Assembly: GCA_963788195.1 (NCBI GenBank) | Contig: CAWBGA010000002.1 | Span: 32,001-96,000 of the forward strand | Length of the DNA: 64,000 nucleotides | Reading direction: 5' to 3' | Origin: Nitrospirota bacterium | GTDB lineage: Bacteria; Nitrospirota; Nitrospiria; Nitrospirales; NS-4 | Shown: positions 49,448 through 60,745 of the stretch, one piece after another | How the letters are laid out: each line of letters starts with the position of its first letter | Numbering within the stretch: the first letter of the stretch is position 1 | Program-made: the position numbers and the translations under genes | The notes under the pieces: generated by a model | What the model saw: the letters and a program-made list of their open reading frames with translations, nothing else | The model's database searches: none | Told to the model about the DNA's origin: nothing

Positions 49448-51790
49448 TCACACTTCGGTGTAGTCGCAGCCCTCAGCGCGGCACACGATGGAGTTTCCCG
49501 CTTGCTTGGAGTACTTCTCGACGAGGAAGGTCGCCTGGCATTTCGGGCATGGCCTCGGAACAGGCCGATCCCAGATCGCGAACTTGCAGGTGGGATAATT
49601 CGTGCACGCGAAGAAAGTACGCCCCTTCTTGCTGCGCTTTTGCGCAAGATCGCCGCCGTCCTGCGGGCATTTGACGCCGAGGGGAATCGGCTTGGTCGTC
49701 TTGCACGTAGGATACGCGGAGCACGCGATGAACTCTCCAAAGCGGCCGGTCTTAATCACCATTTGCGAGCCGCATTTTTCGCATTTCTCCTCGGTCGTCA
49801 TCTCTTTCTTCGCAACAATCTTGATCGTCCCGTCCGGCAACTTTTCAAAGTTCTGCGTGTTTTTGCAGGGGGGATCATCCTGGTAGCCAGGGCACGCGAG
49901 GAACTTGCCGTTGCGGCCCCACTTGATCTCCATCATCCGCCCACATTTCTCACAGGTGACATTCGTAGGAGGCTGGACGACGTCCCTCGGGCCCGGAAGG
50001 TCTTTCGCCTTCTCCATATCCTTGCTAAACGGGGTATAAAAATCGCGAACCGCCGCCACCCAGTTTTTTTCGCCCTCTTCCACTTCGTCGAGTTCCTTTT
50101 CCATTTGGGAAGTGAAATCGACGTTGAGGATGTCGGGAAAGCCTTTGACGAGATAGTCATTCACAATCAACCCCGTCTCTGTCGGCACCAAGCGGCCTTC
50201 CTGTTTTTCCACATACCGACGTTCCTGAATGGTAGAGGTGATGGAGGCGTAGGTCGAAGGGCGCCCGATTCCTTTTTCCTCCAGTTCCTTGATTAAGAGC
50301 GACTCGTTGTACCGCGGTGCGGGCTGGGTAAAATGCTGCTTTGGAGACACTCCTGGTGATGCCTGCCCTTCCTGGGCGACGAGGCGTAAACGCTCGCCCT
50401 GGTCGAGCATGGGCAGCTGTCGCTCGTTCTCGTCTTCGGTGTCCTGGTCGGTGGCCGGAGTTTTTGTGACCTCAGCCTCGTTGGCTTCCTGATACACCGC
50501 AGTGTGACCCTGGAATTTGACCACCTTGCCGCTGGCGCGGAAGACGTAATGTGTCTTGGTCCCCTGTGGAACACAGTCCACCCGCGTCACCTCCAGCACG
50601 GCGGGGACCATTTGAGACGCGACGAAACGGTTCCAAATCAGCTTGTAGAGTTGGTAGTGGTCCCGCTCGAGATACTGTTTCACCGACTCTGGATCGCGAT
50701 GCACCGATGTCGGACGGATCGCTTCGTGAGCCTCTTGCGCGGCCTTTTGGTTCTTATACACGTTGCGGGTGGCGGGCAGATAGTTGTCACCAAAACGCGC
50801 TCGAATAAGCTCTCGGGCCTCCTCGGCCGCTTCATCTGAGATGCGTGTCGAGTCGGTTCGCATGTACGTGATCAGTCCCACCGGTCCTTCTTTGCCGATG
50901 TCGATCCCCTCATAGAGTTGCTGTGCGAGCATCATGGTTTTCTTGGAACTGAAACGCAACTTGCTTGCTGCGTCCCGTTGCAGGCGGCTCGTGATAAACG
51001 GGGCGAGGGGATTGCGACGCTCCTCTTTACGCTCAATGGCCTCGGCCAGAAAGTCCTTGCCATGGACATCCTGCACGATCTGGGTGGCATGCGTTTCCGA
51101 GGAAACCACAGCTTTTTGACGGTCGATGCTGTGCAGTTTGGCGTCAAACGGTGGCGGATTCTTGCCGGCAAGGGTGGCCGTTATCGACCAGTATTCCTCA
51201 GGTCGGAACGCCTCACGCTCCCGCTCGCGGTCGCACACCAGCATGAGTGCGACTGATTGAACGCGCCCCATGCTCAATCCCCGCCGCACTTTTTTCCAAA
51301 GCAATTGGCTTCCCTGATAGCCGACGATTCGATCCAACACGCGGCGGGCCTGCTGAGCGTTGACAAGATTCATGTCAATATCGCCGGGCGACAGCAGGGC
51401 TCGCTTGACGGCAGCTTGGGTGATTTCGTTAAACAACACGCGAAAGACTTTCCGGTTTTTGCCTTTCGCCGTCGTTTTGCCCTTCGGTGTGCCGTTGATT
51501 TCTCCGGCTATATGCCAGGCGATTGCCTCCCCTTCGCGGTCAGGATCGGGGGCCAGGAAGACCTTGTCCGAAGCGTCCGCCTTTTTCTTAATATCCGCCA
51601 GGACCTGCGCTTTGCCCTTTATAGTTACATAATGCGGCTTGAAGTCATGTTCGAGATCGACCCCAAGCTTGCTTTTGGGAAGGTCTTTGACGTGACCGAC
51701 CGACGCCATCACGGTATACCCCCGGCCGAGGTATTTGGTGATGGTCCGGGCCTTCGCGGGGGACTCGACGATGATCAGAGACTTGGCCAT
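49448..51790 (-). CDS. topA: DNA topoisomerase I
   Basis: IVESPAKA, DPDREGEAI, GRVQS, ITYMRTDS, GIGRPSTYA, C-terminal Zn ribbons. Confidence 0.97.
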   Translation of the reverse strand: MAKSLIIVESPAKARTITKYLGRGYTVMASVGHVKDLPKSKLGVDLEHDFKPHYVTIKGKAQVLADIKKKADASDKVFLAPDPDREGEAIAWHIAGEINGTPKGKTTAKGKNRKVFRVLFNEITQAAVKRALLSPGDIDMNLVNAQQARRVLDRIVGYQGSQLLWKKVRRGLSMGRVQSVALMLVCDREREREAFRPEEYWSITATLAGKNPPPFDAKLHSIDRQKAVVSSETHATQIVQDVHGKDFLAEAIERKEERRNPLAPFITSRLQRDAASKLRFSSKKTMMLAQQLYEGIDIGKEGPVGLITYMRTDSTRISDEAAEEARELIRARFGDNYLPATRNVYKNQKAAQEAHEAIRPTSVHRDPESVKQYLERDHYQLYKLIWNRFVASQMVPAVLEVTRVDCVPQGTKTHYVFRASGKVVKFQGHTAVYQEANEAEVTKTPATDQDTEDENERQLPMLDQGERLRLVAQEGQASPGVSPKQHFTQPAPRYNESLLIKELEEKGIGRPSTYASITSTIQERRYVEKQEGRLVPTETGLIVNDYLVKGFPDILNVDFTSQMEKELDEVEEGEKNWVAAVRDFYTPFSKDMEKAKDLPGPRDVVQPPTNVTCEKCGRMMEIKWGRNGKFLACPGYQDDPPCKNTQNFEKLPDGTIKIVAKKEMTTEEKCEKCGSQMVIKTGRFGEFIACSAYPTCKTTKPIPLGVKCPQDGGDLAQKRSKKGRTFFACTNYPTCKFAIWDRPVPRPCPKCQATFLVEKYSKQAGNSIVCRAEGCDYTEV

Positions 51791-51802
51791 ACAGAATCCA
51801 TT

Positions 51803-52759
51803 CTACCTTGATCGGTAGTATCGGCGCCCGGGTGTCTGGCGTATTGCGTCTTTAAGTTCCAATGCGAGCAGGGCGCACGCCACCGTGGATGCGGTCAAGG
51901 CAGATTGGTCTGTGACCTCATCGATGCTCCGCGGTTCTCGAGTAACCGCCGCGTACACTCTCTGCTCGTCTGATGAGAGAACAGTCTCCGTGCGGCCTCT
52001 CCCCGGTGGATGCGTTGCGAGGCGCACAGTGCTCGGCGCCCCGGGTCGAACAAACGCTTGCGCGCCGCCGTTTGAGCTGCTGCCTGCAGCAGATTTGTCG
52101 TCTGTCTGCCGCTGAATCTGCGGCACCAATTCCTCAAGAATGTCGTCAACCGTTTCGGTTAATTTCGCGCCTTGCTTAAGCAAGGCATGGGTGCCCCGGC
52201 TGGTAGGTGTATCGATAGGTCCCGGCACGGCGAACACCTCTCGGCCTTGTTCGGCCGCCAGTTTGGCGGTGATCAGCGAGCCACTGCCTTCGGCGGCTTC
52301 CACTACCACAACGCCGAGCGAGAGACCGCTTAAAATGCGGTTGCGCCGCGGAAAATGAGCGGCGAGCGGAGGTGATCCAAGCGGTAATTCCGTGAGCACG
52401 GCTCCAGCCGCGGCGACTTGGGCCCGAAGATCCGTGTGGTCCGAAGGATAAGCGATGTCCAAGCCGCATCCCAGCACGGCGAGGGTTCGTCCGCCGGCGG
52501 CCAGCGCTCCCTCATGGGCCACCCGATCGATCCCCCGGGCCATGCCGCTGACGATCGTGAACCCCAAAAGGCTCAGTTCCTCAGCGAGCGTTCGAGCGAC
52601 CCGTATGCCGTAAGGTGTGGCGTGGCGGGAGCCTACAATGGCGACCGCCAGTGTGTCGGTCGACTCCAGCTCGCCGTCGACATAGAGGACTGTCGGAGGA
52701 TCAGGGATATTGCGTAGCGGCTGGGGGTATCGAACATCGGAGATTTCAATCGTCTTCAT
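51803..52759 (-). CDS. dprA: DNA processing protein DprA
   Basis: AIVGSR, VSGMARGID, FPRRNRILSGLS, SGSLITA, GREVFAVPG. Start placed at MKTIE because the upstream extension is repeat DNA. Confidence 0.93.
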   Translation of the reverse strand: MKTIEISDVRYPQPLRNIPDPPTVLYVDGELESTDTLAVAIVGSRHATPYGIRVARTLAEELSLLGFTIVSGMARGIDRVAHEGALAAGGRTLAVLGCGLDIAYPSDHTDLRAQVAAAGAVLTELPLGSPPLAAHFPRRNRILSGLSLGVVVVEAAEGSGSLITAKLAAEQGREVFAVPGPIDTPTSRGTHALLKQGAKLTETVDDILEELVPQIQRQTDDKSAAGSSSNGGAQAFVRPGAPSTVRLATHPPGRGRTETVLSSDEQRVYAAVTREPRSIDEVTDQSALTASTVACALLALELKDAIRQTPGRRYYRSR

Positions 52760-52816
52760 CCAACAAGCTCTTTCTGCCGCGGCGGCCTTCTTCCCCGGAT
52801 TTAAGCGACGCGGGGT

Positions 52817-52885
52817 CACTGCACCCACCCAGCCCCGGATGCGCCATTGCACCCACCCGCCCTGGAATCTGCCAAGACAGATTCC
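52817..52885 (+). repeat. Two TGCACCC units; the second carries the GGAATCTG-CCAAGA-CAGATTCC hairpin
   Basis: Read directly from the sequence. Confidence 0.75.
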
Positions 52886-53088
52886 TTCGCCCCTGACGCG
52901 CTCGTTTTCCCGTGGCCTGAGCGGTGAACTCGCTCGGTGTCGTTACGGACCTGCTCTTAAACCGGGATGAGAAGATCCTGCGCGGCTATCCCTTCACGAT
53001 AGCCAAGGGGCGGCGTTCAGTCAAGTTCTCGCGGCTGCGCTCAGACGCCAGTACGAGAACACCTCTGCGAGGCATGCCATTACCCTTC

Positions 53089-54606
53089 TTACAACATCAC
53101 GATATCATACTGCTCAATGTGCAGCGTGGCGTCCGGTTTGATGACCATCTTAACGCGGTACTCCCGCTCGAGCTCTGCGACAGCATGCGATTCTTCATCC
53201 GCGAGCACGGCTGCTACACTGGGGTGGGCTCCTATCATCAGCATGGTTTCATGGTCTGAAGGCCCCACGCGCCTGATATCGCGAAACAACTCGTAGCAAA
53301 TGGTCACAGGATCTTTGGTGTATGCCCGTCCCTCGCAATAGTGGCACGGCTCCGAAAGCGCTCGGTACAGATCCTCGCGGACGCGCTCGCGGGACATCTC
53401 CACCAAACCCAGATCCGAGACCCGAAGGATGCGCGTACGCGCCTTGTCATGCGTTAAGGCGTCATTTAATGCCTGAAAAACCTTGTCGCGATTTCGCTCG
53501 CGTTCCATGTCGATAAAATCGATGATGATGATCCCTCCGATGCTTCGGAGCTTGAGCTGGTAGGCAATTTCCTTGACCGCCTCCAGATTCGTTCGCACGA
53601 TCGTGTCTTCCAGATCGCGTTTCCCCACGAACCGCCCGGTATTGACGTCAATCACAGTCATGGCCTCGGCATGGTCGATCACGATATGACCGCCGGATTT
53701 CAACCAGACTTTGCGGGCCATGGCTTTGGAAATCTCCGACTCCAGGTCAAAATGGTCGAAGATCGGCTCGTCTTTGGTATACAGGTGGATGCGGCTCAGA
53801 AGTTCAGGGAGATAGCGTCCGACGAATTCTCGAATCGCTTCGTAGTCAGCCTTGGAATCAATCCACAGCTGCTGCACGTCCTTCGTAAAGTGGTCGCGAA
53901 CCGTGCGAAAGACAAGATCCAGGTCACTGTGTAGCAGGGCAGGCGCCTTGAGTCGTTGTTTCTTCTCGAGAATTTCTTCCCACGATGCTTGAAGAAACTC
54001 CACATCGGAGCGCAGTTCATCGTCCGACACGCCTTCGCTCACGGTGCGAACGATGTAGCCCTGCCCCGGCTTGCGCAGCTTTTGCATCAACTGTCGGAGC
54101 CGTGACCGCTCTTCAGCATTCTCGATGCGTCGGGAAATCCCGATATGGTCGACGCTCGGCATGAAGACCAGATAGCGGCCGGGCAGTGAGATGTATGCTG
54201 TCACCCTCGAACCTTTTGTTCCGATGGGGCCCTTCGTCACTTGCACCATCAGCTCTTGACCTTCTTCCAACAACTCTTCGATGGGTTGTGAATGGCTCCG
54301 CTTGGTCTTGGGAATCTCCGGACCTTTGTCCTCTAGTTCAACGAGGGGATCATCAAAATCCAATTTCTGCGGCTCACCGAGGAGTTCCGAGACATGCATG
54401 AAAGCCGCCTTATCCTGCCCAATGTCGACAAAGGCTGCCTGCAGCCCCGGCAGGACTTTCACGATCTTACCTTTATAAACGTTTCCGACAAAGTCGCGTT
54501 GTTTGACCCGGTCAATGTACAGGTCGGTCAGGATCTTCCGGTCGAGTACCGCCACGCGAGTCTCTTCCGGCGCGACGTTGATCATGATCTCGGTGGCCAT
54601 GCCCAC
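53089..54606 (-). CDS. rng: Ribonuclease G/E family protein
   Basis: GNVYKG..QAAFVDIG, SLPGRYLV, IDVNTG, GGIIIIDFIDM; 505 aa, without an RNase E-type C-terminal scaffold. Confidence 0.9.
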   Translation of the reverse strand: MGMATEIMINVAPEETRVAVLDRKILTDLYIDRVKQRDFVGNVYKGKIVKVLPGLQAAFVDIGQDKAAFMHVSELLGEPQKLDFDDPLVELEDKGPEIPKTKRSHSQPIEELLEEGQELMVQVTKGPIGTKGSRVTAYISLPGRYLVFMPSVDHIGISRRIENAEERSRLRQLMQKLRKPGQGYIVRTVSEGVSDDELRSDVEFLQASWEEILEKKQRLKAPALLHSDLDLVFRTVRDHFTKDVQQLWIDSKADYEAIREFVGRYLPELLSRIHLYTKDEPIFDHFDLESEISKAMARKVWLKSGGHIVIDHAEAMTVIDVNTGRFVGKRDLEDTIVRTNLEAVKEIAYQLKLRSIGGIIIIDFIDMERERNRDKVFQALNDALTHDKARTRILRVSDLGLVEMSRERVREDLYRALSEPCHYCEGRAYTKDPVTICYELFRDIRRVGPSDHETMLMIGAHPSVAAVLADEESHAVAELEREYRVKMVIKPDATLHIEQYDIVML

Positions 54607-54767
54607 TCCTTGGCAAACCGTGAATCCCAGCAGGGTCTCTCATGGCGAACCCTTGCTGTTAGACCCGATTTGCCCACAAAAGGTTAAAGGTCTTCGCCAC
54701 CGTCTCTCCCGATGACCCGTGGCATCTAAGGCAGCGGGCGCATAGGCAGACATGGTGCGGGCGAACG

Positions 54768-55881
54768 TCAATAGAACAAGGTCAAGCGTCGTCGTTTCAC
54801 ATTCAATAACAACCCTAGGGCCATCATAGTGGTGACGGTCGTCGTTCCCCCGTAGCTCATCAGCGGAAGCGGAATCCCTACGATCGGAAAAACTCCCATG
54901 GTCATGCCGATATTCACGACCAGGCAGAAACCCAGCATCGCGAGAATCCCGGCCGCGAGCAGCAGCCCGAACTCATCTTTCGCCTTGAAGGCGATTTCAG
55001 CGATCAGGAAGATCAACAGGGCGAACAGCACAAACAGGACCAGCACCCCGACAAATCCCCAGTGCTCAGCAAACACCGCAAAGATAAAATCTGTATGGCC
55101 CTCCGGCAGAAACTTGAGCCGGCTCTGGGTCGCTTCGTCCAGTCCTTTGCCCCAGACTCCGCCGGAGCCAATCGCGATCTGCGACTGCAATGTATGATAC
55201 CCCTTGCCGGCCGGATCGATGGTGGGATCCCAAAACGTCATGATCCGCGCGCGCTGATAATCATGCAGGGAGGTCCAGAAGAGTTCCCAAATGAATGGAA
55301 ACAGCATGGACGTGAACAGCAGGCCCAGGCCAAAGGTCCGGGCATGCAGACCGCCGATCAACACCATCGCAGAGATAGATAAACATAAAGCTCATGGCCG
55401 TTCCGAGGTCGGGCTGTTTCAGGATCAGGAGGAGACCGGGCAGGGTGATTAAGCCGGGGATCACGACTAGTTGAAGCCAGCCCGTGCGCTGCACCTCCGC
55501 GAAATATTTCGCCAGCACCACCACGAGCACCAATTTGGCGAGTTCCGACGGCTGGAAGGCAAACGGGCCCAAGGCGAACCAGCGTTGCGCGCCGCGGCTT
55601 GACCGCCCTCCAATCAGGACGGCGACCAGCACCAGCAGGGTGATGCCATAAATCACATAAGCGAAGCGGCCAAGGCGATGATAGTCGACTGCCATGGCCG
55701 CCAGAAACGCGAAGAACCCGACGCCGATCCAGATGATCTGTTTAGTATAGAACGGGATACGGTCGGCCTGATCGAGATCAGATGTGACGCTATAGATTGA
55801 GAGTACCCCGAGCGCCAGGATACTCAAGGCCACCAGCGCGAAGCGCAACTCGAAGTTATCCGGCAGACGGCTTTCGATCAT
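54768..55881 (-). CDS. rodA: Rod-shape-determining SEDS protein RodA; one apparent +1 frameshift near 55371
   Basis: GAQRW, QPSELAK, QPDLGTA, HTDFIF, PLMSYGG; follows mrdA. Confidence 0.93.
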
Positions 55882-57694
55882 GCGGTTCCATGTCCTTAAA
55901 ATACTCTTCGATCAGGGCCTTCGCGATAGGGGCCGCGAACGTTCCACCATGGCCGACATTCTCTACGATCACGGCCAAGGCGATTTTGGGATTGTCAGCG
56001 GGCGCATACGCGACGAACCAGGCGTGATCGCGAAACTGCTTGGGCACGTCCTCGCCTTCGCTTTTCTGCAGGCGGGCGCTCACGCTCTGAGCCGTGCCGG
56101 TCTTCCCGGCGATGTCCACGATTTTGGATTGCGCGCGTTTACCCGTCCCCTCCGTCACCACGCCCTTCAAGGCTTGATGCAGAACTGCGAAGGATTCGCT
56201 ATCCATCGAGACAATGGACTTTTCAGTCGGCAGAATGTCCCGGGATTGGCCCGTCGATCGCTCGCGAATCGAGCGCACCAGTCGCGGCTTGTACAGGACG
56301 CCGCCGTTTGCGACTGCGGCCATCGCGGAAGCCATTTGCAAGGGCGTGACACTCACATAGCCCTGTCCAATAGCAGCGGAAATCGTCTCGCCAGGGTACC
56401 AGGGCTCTTTTCTGGTCCGCTGTTTCCATTCCGTTGACGGGACAATCCCTGCCCGCTCGCCGTTCAATTCAATCCCGGTCGGCGCGCCTAGCCCGTATTG
56501 ACGAGCGGCTTGCGCAATCGCATCAATTCCCAAGCGATTTCCCAGCATATAAAAATATACGTCGCAGGAATTCACGATGCCGTGATACATGTCCACAACC
56601 CCGTGGCCACCTTTTTTCCAATCGCCAAATACATGGTTGCCGAACGGGAAACTCCCGGTGCAGTGAATCTTCGTGTCGGGGGTCCATTTCGATGATTCCA
56701 ACGCTGCGGAGGCCACCATGATCTTGAAGATAGATCCGGGAGGATAGAGGCCTTGAATCGCGCGGTTGTTCAGTGGATGGCGGGCATCCTTGGAAATCTG
56801 ATCCCACACGGCTCCCGACAGACCGTGAGAGAGAGTATTGGGGTCGTACCCAGGTCGGCTCGCCAGCACGAGCACATCCCCGTTCGCGGGATCGATCGCC
56901 ACGACTGCCCCTGACTCCTGCGCGAGAAGGGATTCCGCCAGACGCTGCAGAGTGAAATCGATACTCAAGTACAAGTCGTCTCCCGCGGTCTGTTCGACGA
57001 CCGCGAGAGTTTTTCGCTCCGCGCCCCGGGCGTCTACCTCGACGGTTTTCTGGCCGGACTTTCCGCGGATGATCTGATCAAAGCTCTTTTCGACGCCGGA
57101 TTTTCCAACAATGCTCCCGGTCGGCGAATCGGTGAACGCCGGCTCGTCCTGTTGCTCGGGGGAGACCTCCCCCACGTATCCCAGAAGATGGCTCGCCAGC
57201 AGCCCGTGAAGATAGTTGCGTTGCGACTCGGCCTGAATACGCAGCCCGCCCAGATCCAAGCGATGGCCTTCAATGATGGCGGCCTCGCGCAGTGTAAGGC
57301 CGCTCTTGAGCAGAATCGGAATGTAAGAGCGCGACTGCCGCCCAAAGCGTTTTTTCGTTTCGGCCTGAGGGAGCCCGATCAGCTGCTCAAGAGCGGCCGC
57401 AAGTCCATCCCGATCCTTCGTATCCTCCGGAGTCGCGTAGAGGTTAAAGCTCGGAATGTTGTTCGCGAGAAGCTCGCCGCGGCGATCGAAGATCAGCCCT
57501 CGAGCAGAGCGGATCGGCACGATGCGCACCCGATTCTGCTCTGATAGGTCACTGTAATACCCTCCCTTGATCACCTGAAGGTACCAGATGCGCGAGAACA
57601 GGAGAAACAGGCCGATGAGGAGCGCGAGCCGTAAAAACAACAGCCGACGCTGCAGATGCCGAAAGTCTTCATGCTGGGTGAGGGCGTTACTCAT
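55856..57694 (-). CDS. mrdA: Penicillin-binding protein 2
   Basis: RGLIFDR, PGSIFK (SxxK), SCD, KTGTAQ, DHAWF; within the mre operon. Confidence 0.94.
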   Translation of the reverse strand: MSNALTQHEDFRHLQRRLLFLRLALLIGLFLLFSRIWYLQVIKGGYYSDLSEQNRVRIVPIRSARGLIFDRRGELLANNIPSFNLYATPEDTKDRDGLAAALEQLIGLPQAETKKRFGRQSRSYIPILLKSGLTLREAAIIEGHRLDLGGLRIQAESQRNYLHGLLASHLLGYVGEVSPEQQDEPAFTDSPTGSIVGKSGVEKSFDQIIRGKSGQKTVEVDARGAERKTLAVVEQTAGDDLYLSIDFTLQRLAESLLAQESGAVVAIDPANGDVLVLASRPGYDPNTLSHGLSGAVWDQISKDARHPLNNRAIQGLYPPGSIFKIMVASAALESSKWTPDTKIHCTGSFPFGNHVFGDWKKGGHGVVDMYHGIVNSCDVYFYMLGNRLGIDAIAQAARQYGLGAPTGIELNGERAGIVPSTEWKQRTRKEPWYPGETISAAIGQGYVSVTPLQMASAMAAVANGGVLYKPRLVRSIRERSTGQSRDILPTEKSIVSMDSESFAVLHQALKGVVTEGTGKRAQSKIVDIAGKTGTAQSVSARLQKSEGEDVPKQFRDHAWFVAYAPADNPKIALAVIVENVGHGGTFAAPIAKALIEEYFKDMEPHDRKPSAG

Positions 57695-58193
57695 AGCTGC
57701 TGGTAGGAAGGTGATGGCGCGTGGGCGCTGCGAATTGTATGAGCTTGAGGATGGCGACGCCAAGAACCGCATCGAAACACGCCTGCGGCAGCAGAATTCC
57801 TTGAGCCGCCGCAAAGAAGTCGACCCCCGGGCTTTGAAAGGACTTCAAAAAAAAGATGACCGTTCCGGAAAAAATCGAGAGGGCCAGCAGGAGGGCTAAA
57901 GAGAAGCCTAGCGTCAGGTTGATCACGTTGTGACTCGCGAGGCTGGCCATAAGGCCGAGCAATGGCTTCAGCCAGATATTGGTCCAATGCGCGTTCCCTG
58001 AAAAGAGGTCCTGTGTGAACCCCAAAGCGATACCGATGACAATGGCGTCCAGCTCGCCGGCCTGCAGCCCGATCAGGCATACCGCGATCAGAACAAGGTC
58101 GGGATGGACTCCGAAGATCGTCACCTGGTTAAAGAGGACCGCCTGAAAAGGCACAAGCAGGACAATGAGTGCGGCGTAAATGAGGTACTTCAT
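57687..58193 (-). CDS. mreD: Rod-shape-determining protein MreD
   Basis: Hydrophobic; PDL..G..QD; lies between mreC and mrdA. Confidence 0.85.
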   Translation of the reverse strand: MKYLIYAALIVLLVPFQAVLFNQVTIFGVHPDLVLIAVCLIGLQAGELDAIVIGIALGFTQDLFSGNAHWTNIWLKPLLGLMASLASHNVINLTLGFSLALLLALSIFSGTVIFFLKSFQSPGVDFFAAAQGILLPQACFDAVLGVAILKLIQFAAPTRHHLPTSSYE

Positions 58194-59089
58194 CGAAGGT
58201 CTTCCGGGCGTTTTGCCGATGGCAGGCCACGGCCGGGTACCGGAACAAGGGAGGGGAGGTTCGTGGTCTCCCGAGGGCTAGTGATGACCAGGACTTCTTC
58301 CAAGCGTCCGAAATCGGTCTCCGGCTGGATCTCGGCCGAGAGGAACAGCTCAGCTTCCCGGCGCTCGATGCGGGTAATCCGACCGATCGGAAGTCCGCGG
58401 GGAAAACCTCCGGCCATACCGGATGTAATGACAATATCCCCCACTTTAACGTTTGAGAGGAGCGGAAGGTATTTGATCCAGGCCAACCCTTTCTCTGTGC
58501 CTTCCACGATTCCTTCATCTCGCGTCCGCTGGACGAGACCCGTGACTGCGTTGTTCCGGTCGATGAGAAGCAGAACCACCGCCAGCTGGCGCTGGACCTT
58601 CACAACCCGGCCTACCGCTCCTGTCGGCGTCATGACACCCATGTCCACGGTGATCCCATCGTCCTGGCCCTTATTGATCACGATGCTGCGATACCAATTT
58701 GTGGGATCTCTGGCGATGACTCGCGCGGCCAGCGTCGAATAGGGAAGCTCTTCCTTCAGATTGAGCAGCTCGCGCAACCGGTCGCTCGCCGCCGCTCTCT
58801 CTCGCAGCCGCGAGGCTTCCTCCTGGAGCGAGGCGATTTCTCGGCGGAGGTTAAGATTTTCTTCTCCGACGTAACGTAGCGCGACGTACCGACTCCAGAC
58901 CGAATCGATCCCCTGATTCACCGAATCAAGAGCGCGCAAGGGGTGGCTCGCCATGGTGACAAGTCCCCGGCCGATCGTTTGCAGGGGGCCATCACTCGCT
59001 TCGGGAAGGATGAGAAGAGCGGCAGCAAGAACGGCGAGAAGAAGGACAAAGGCCCGCTTGGCGCCTACCATAGATTGTAAGGAGATCAT
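58190..59089 (-). CDS. mreC: Rod-shape-determining protein MreC
   Basis: TM plus coiled coil; INKG..DG; VTSG..G.FP.GLPIG-like motif. Confidence 0.92.
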   Translation of the reverse strand: MISLQSMVGAKRAFVLLLAVLAAALLILPEASDGPLQTIGRGLVTMASHPLRALDSVNQGIDSVWSRYVALRYVGEENLNLRREIASLQEEASRLRERAAASDRLRELLNLKEELPYSTLAARVIARDPTNWYRSIVINKGQDDGITVDMGVMTPTGAVGRVVKVQRQLAVVLLLIDRNNAVTGLVQRTRDEGIVEGTEKGLAWIKYLPLLSNVKVGDIVITSGMAGGFPRGLPIGRITRIERREAELFLSAEIQPETDFGRLEEVLVITSPRETTNLPSLVPVPGRGLPSAKRPEDLR

Positions 59090-59106
59090 ACCCAGCTTCG
59101 GATCGG

Positions 59107-60156
59107 CTACCTCGATCCGCTGTACTGCGACATCACGCTGACCTTTCGCAACAGGTCCAGTTCGTCGAGGATCTTTCCGACGCCCAGCACGACCGACGTG
59201 AGCGGATCGTCCACCGTGATGATCGGAAGGCCGGTCTCTTCCCGCAGGCGAATGTCCATCCCGCGAAGTAATGATCCCCCTCCGGTCAAGACCATGCCGC
59301 AGTCGATGATGTCGCCGGCGAGTTCGGGTGGTGTATTCTCAAGCGCCACCTTGATGGCATTGATGATCGTACTGATCGGCTCAACCAAGGCCTCTCGGAT
59401 CTCGGCGTCATTGAGCAGCAGGGTGCGTGGTATACCGGAGATCAGATCACGACCCTTGACCAGCAGCTCTTTTTTCTCCTCAAACGGGTAAGCGGAGCCG
59501 ATTTCGACTTTGATCCGCTCCGCCATGTGATCTCCGATCAACAGATTATATTTCTTCTTGACGTAGTTCATGATCGCGTCGTCCATGCGATCGCCGGCGA
59601 CTTTTACCGATTCACTGTAGACGATGCCGCCGAGCGACAGTACCGCAATATCCGTGGTCCCGCCGCCGATATCCACGACCATGTTGCCGGAGGGCTCGGT
59701 AATCGGCAGGCCTGCGCCGATGGCGGCCGCGACCGGTTCTTCAATCAGATATACTTCCCGGGCGCCGGCAAGTTCGGCCGAATCACGGACCGCGCGTTGC
59801 TCGACTTGTGTGATGCGCGAGGGCACTCCGATGATGATGCGCGGCCGGACAAAGGTGCTGCGGTTGTGGGCTTTTGTAATGAAGTGCCGCAGCATTTTCT
59901 CGGCCATCTCGAAATCCGCGATCACTCCTTCTTTCATGGGGCGGATAGCGACGATGTTTCCGGGGGTGCGGCCGAGCATCTTCTTCGCCTCGATCCCGAC
60001 GGCCAATAGATTTTCAGTCTTCTTTTCGATGGCGACGACTGAAGGCTCGTTGAGCACGATACCCCTTCCTCTTACATACACCAGGGTGGTCGCAGTCCCC
60101 AGGTCGATGGCCAAGTCATTAGAGAACCATCCGAGGATACCAGCCATAACGCCCAC
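59107..60156 (-). CDS. mreB: Actin-like MreB
   Basis: IDLGTA, EPSVVA, DIGGGTT, LTGGG. Confidence 0.97.
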   Translation of the reverse strand: MGVMAGILGWFSNDLAIDLGTATTLVYVRGRGIVLNEPSVVAIEKKTENLLAVGIEAKKMLGRTPGNIVAIRPMKEGVIADFEMAEKMLRHFITKAHNRSTFVRPRIIIGVPSRITQVEQRAVRDSAELAGAREVYLIEEPVAAAIGAGLPITEPSGNMVVDIGGGTTDIAVLSLGGIVYSESVKVAGDRMDDAIMNYVKKKYNLLIGDHMAERIKVEIGSAYPFEEKKELLVKGRDLISGIPRTLLLNDAEIREALVEPISTIINAIKVALENTPPELAGDIIDCGMVLTGGGSLLRGMDIRLREETGLPIITVDDPLTSVVLGVGKILDELDLLRKVSVMSQYSGSR

Positions 60157-60168
60157 GCGCGTTTCTCC

Positions 60169-60645
60169 TTATACTTGAGAGTCCATGTCGAAAATGTTTT
60201 CGTTTATGACCTGTGTATGGGCAAGTTCATCGCCGATTCTGAGCCCGCGATCATTGCCGATAATTAGTAACGATTCTATACTGAAAATCACTGCCGTTCC
60301 CAACCAGCCGACATAGGGAATTTGCCAGGAAAGGTAGCCGATGGCCATCGGCATGTTCCGGATGATTGAGTCCTTGAAGCCTGCACTTGCCCGCAATTCA
60401 GACACCCAAGTCTGTACCCCGATCAGACGTTTTCCAATACTTTGACCCGAGAAGCCGTCCGCGACGAGCAGGTACCAGAGGCCCGCCCAGAATCCGTAGG
60501 GCGGGGCAACCTCCCCGAGGCCAAGCACGATCAGAAAATCCAGAATCTTAGCGATGAACCGATTCAGGACGGTTGCTTTATGATAGCGGAGGACATCTTT
60601 TCGCTGGCCTTGCTCGACAAAGGCGCCCGTTTCAGGCAACGTCAT
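60169..60645 (-). CDS. RDD-family membrane protein
   Basis: RFIAKILD, GQSIGK, RIGD..A.T.V. Confidence 0.85.
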   Translation of the reverse strand: MTLPETGAFVEQGQRKDVLRYHKATVLNRFIAKILDFLIVLGLGEVAPPYGFWAGLWYLLVADGFSGQSIGKRLIGVQTWVSELRASAGFKDSIIRNMPMAIGYLSWQIPYVGWLGTAVIFSIESLLIIGNDRGLRIGDELAHTQVINENIFDMDSQV

Positions 60646-60745
60646 GCTCCGGCTATTCTGTAGCGATTGTAGCAAAAAAGTTCAGGGAAGACAAACGATT
60701 ACGACACATTGCATTTCCGGCCGGCCATTTCTATAATGAGAGGTC

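Noticed and set aside
48299..50296. 665-aa plus-strand ORF
   Set aside because: Antisense shadow of trmFO and topA; no domain signature.
52760..52852. N-terminal extension of DprA in the ORF track
   Set aside because: It overlaps a repeat unit; DprA-like sequence begins near MKTIE.
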